Source: Podarcis filfolensis (Eukaryota). Taken from it: a DNA stretch of 64,000 nucleotides. The first letter of the stretch is position 1, and the number at the start of each line of letters is the position of its first letter. The stretch is from NCBI GenBank assembly GCA_964270895.1, contig OZ185437.1, one strand, 5' to 3'. A model generated the notes under the pieces. It searched no databases. It had not been told where the DNA came from and was given only the letters and a program-made list of their open reading frames with translations. Below, piece by piece: positions 62,060 through 64,000 of this stretch. A program made the position numbers and the translations under genes.

Positions 62060-62383
62060 TCACCCTCTAACAGGAATGCTCATCTTCATTCCTGAAGAAG
62101 TATCCCATCTATCCAGGATATAAGAAATGATTAGAGCAGGAGTATATAACCCTCAGTTCAGTAATCTGCTCCGCTCCCCAAGACAACTTTTTCTGGCTCC
62201 ACAACACCTCACCATTTTTTTTGGGGGGGGGGGAGGCGTGTTAATGCAGATACTGCCCTGGGATGAGCAGATAAGTCAGTGGCTTGATGCACATGAAAAT
62301 TACTCCCTCCCTGGTCATCATACTGATCATTTGAAGAGCAGTAAGGAGCAAAAAAAAACCCTCGGTTGATCTGAATGGATGTA

Positions 62384-62636
62384 CAGTGGTGCCTCGCAAG
62401 ACGAAATTAATTCGTTCCGCGAGTTGTGTCGTTTAGCGATTTTTTCGTCTTGTGGAGCGCGGATTCGCTGGGTATTAACGGCTTTAAGAAAAAGGAAGCA
62501 AACTCGCAAGATGTTTTCGTCTTGTGAAGCAAGCCCATAGGGAAAATCGTCTTGCGAAGCAACGCAAAAAACGAAAAACCCTTTCGTCTTGCGCGTTTTT
62601 CGTCTTGCGAGGCATTCGTCTTGCGAGGTACCACTG
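62384..62636. mobile_element. Tc1/mariner MITE, same family as 6312-6784 but without the minisatellite
   Basis: TA flanks; TIRs cagtggtgcctcgcaagacgaa / ttcgtcttgcgaggtaccactg; repeated gcaagacgaa motifs. Confidence 0.9.
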
Positions 62637-63908
62637 TATGTTGTGTATGTGCATGTGAAAGTGAAAGTGAAAGAGTGGGGTGGCCATGCCCACATTTGGC
62701 CACACCCACCATTGGTATGCAGCCCCTGTGATGCTTGGGCAAAAGGAATTATTAGCTACCGTGTGTTACAGGCATATTCACTCTTACCCCCTCTTCATTT
62801 TCCATTTTCCTTTTCCAGTGGAGAGCCTAACTACATGTTGCTTTAGGTGTGTAGAGTGCAGCATCTGTGGTTTATAAACTTTCATTTTAAGTTTTCATCA
62901 AGAAATCATATAGGGAAGGGTGTGTGTGTTAATTCTTTCTGCCTGTGATCGTGTCAAAAATCCTTCTTTGCAGCGATTGCTTTAGAAAGAGAACTCCTGT
63001 TACCGCCAACAGGATCTGTTTTTATAAGGCTAGTTGCCATGTGAGGTGTAATTTTCATCTGTATTACAGCTGGGAAAGGAATGGATTATGCCTGACTGTG
63101 CATTGCAGTTCAGAATAAAACTACAGCCCATGCTTAGTATCACTGCGTGGTAAACATTTAATGTAATGTGTAGTTAGGTCCTGGATCCCTGACACCTGGA
63201 GACGCCTGAAGATGCTCACTTCTCACTGGACTGTTTGAGCTTTTTCCTTTCTTTTCCTTTCCTTTCAGTTTACATATTTATATACTACTGTGTACCTGGC
63301 TGGGAAGAGGGGAAGTTCTCTAGGAATGCAGACATCACTGTCTTATTTGTAGAAGGGTCCAGTTAACTTCAAAACTAGTAGGAACTCAAAACACCTGAGT
63401 TGGCAATTATCAATAAAAACTATCATGTAATAGTTTTCTTTATACCTTTTGGCCAGGATCCAAAAAGATGTTCCATGCGAGTGCAGGATTGAGCCACAAA
63501 CGCAGCCCAAGGTTTCATTAGCTTTCCCTCCAGCATTTCCGAACTGTCAAAAGAGATAAACTACTATGTGTTGTAAAAGTTGCTTATCTATTCAGCAGCG
63601 GGAACTGCTGGAGAGAAAGTGAACAAACCCCAGACTGCTTATGCGTTTCTCCTTCATGTATTTATTTGACTTTGGGCCGAGGCATATAAAAGCTGAATTA
63701 TGATGCTGTCTGTAATTACACTGAAGGAGCACTGGTGCGCATTAACAGCATATGTGTAATACCGAAAGCCTTTTTTATCACATTATGCAAGATCATACAG
63801 TATGTCTGGGGGCGAAATAGATACCTTCTTCATTAATTTTATTTTTAATTAAAGGACACCGTATTTCATTCACTTACCTTTTTATTATGTATTTCAATAT
63901 TTCAACAG

Positions 63909-64000
63909 AAAAATTCAGATATCTTGGCAAGCGCAGAAGGTAAAGCAGTTGTTCGATTATTCAATAGAATTTCCTATGTATTGGTGGAGTTTGAGGTGCT
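63909..64000 (+). CDS. DNAH8: DNAH8 coding exon 16, truncated by the window end
   Basis: ttcaacag| acceptor; KNSDILASAEGKAVVRLFNRISYVLVEFEV(L) is open to the window edge. Confidence 0.93.

Noticed and set aside
62060-62370. Possible degraded L1 fragments (also 20660-20860, 28700-29160, 32540-32760)
   Set aside because: Only faint peptide resemblance with several stops; too weak to annotate without RepeatMasker.

Overview
Vertebrate genomic DNA from a squamate reptile; a lacertid lizard is likely, inferred from the Sauria and Squam3-type SINEs. The window holds the conserved BTBD9(-) / GLO1(-) / DNAH8(+) block. BTBD9: CpG-island promoter and non-coding exon 1 near 18.7 kb, plus five coding exons (1154 nt); the gene continues off the left edge. 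GLO1: complete, six coding exons, 570 nt / 189 aa, with all four metal ligands intact. DNAH8: first 16 coding exons (2405 nt), continuing off the right edge. I assembled all 27 coding exons by hand; every inferred intron is GT-AG and the reading phases join without frameshift. Non-coding DNA is rich in hAT and Tc1/mariner MITEs (several with intact TIRs and TSDs), SINEs, L1/L2/CR1/RTE fragments and one probable solo LTR. I found no CRISPR array, tRNA, rRNA or new protein-coding gene, and no evidence for a wholly new biological system. The best leads are: an inverted SINE pair bracketing an in-frame three-exon DNAH8 block (circRNA or skipping candidate); a young hAT MITE in the GLO1 3' UTR next to an extended C-terminus; an RTE fragment enclosed by a 34-bp inverted repeat beside the BTBD9 promoter; a candidate DNAH8 promoter and non-coding exon 1; a coding 24-nt repeat in the DNAH8 N-terminus; and a CpG-rich antisense LTR-like element in DNAH8. 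Comparisons to human proteins are from memory and need alignment. Repeat family names come from visual recognition, not a database search.
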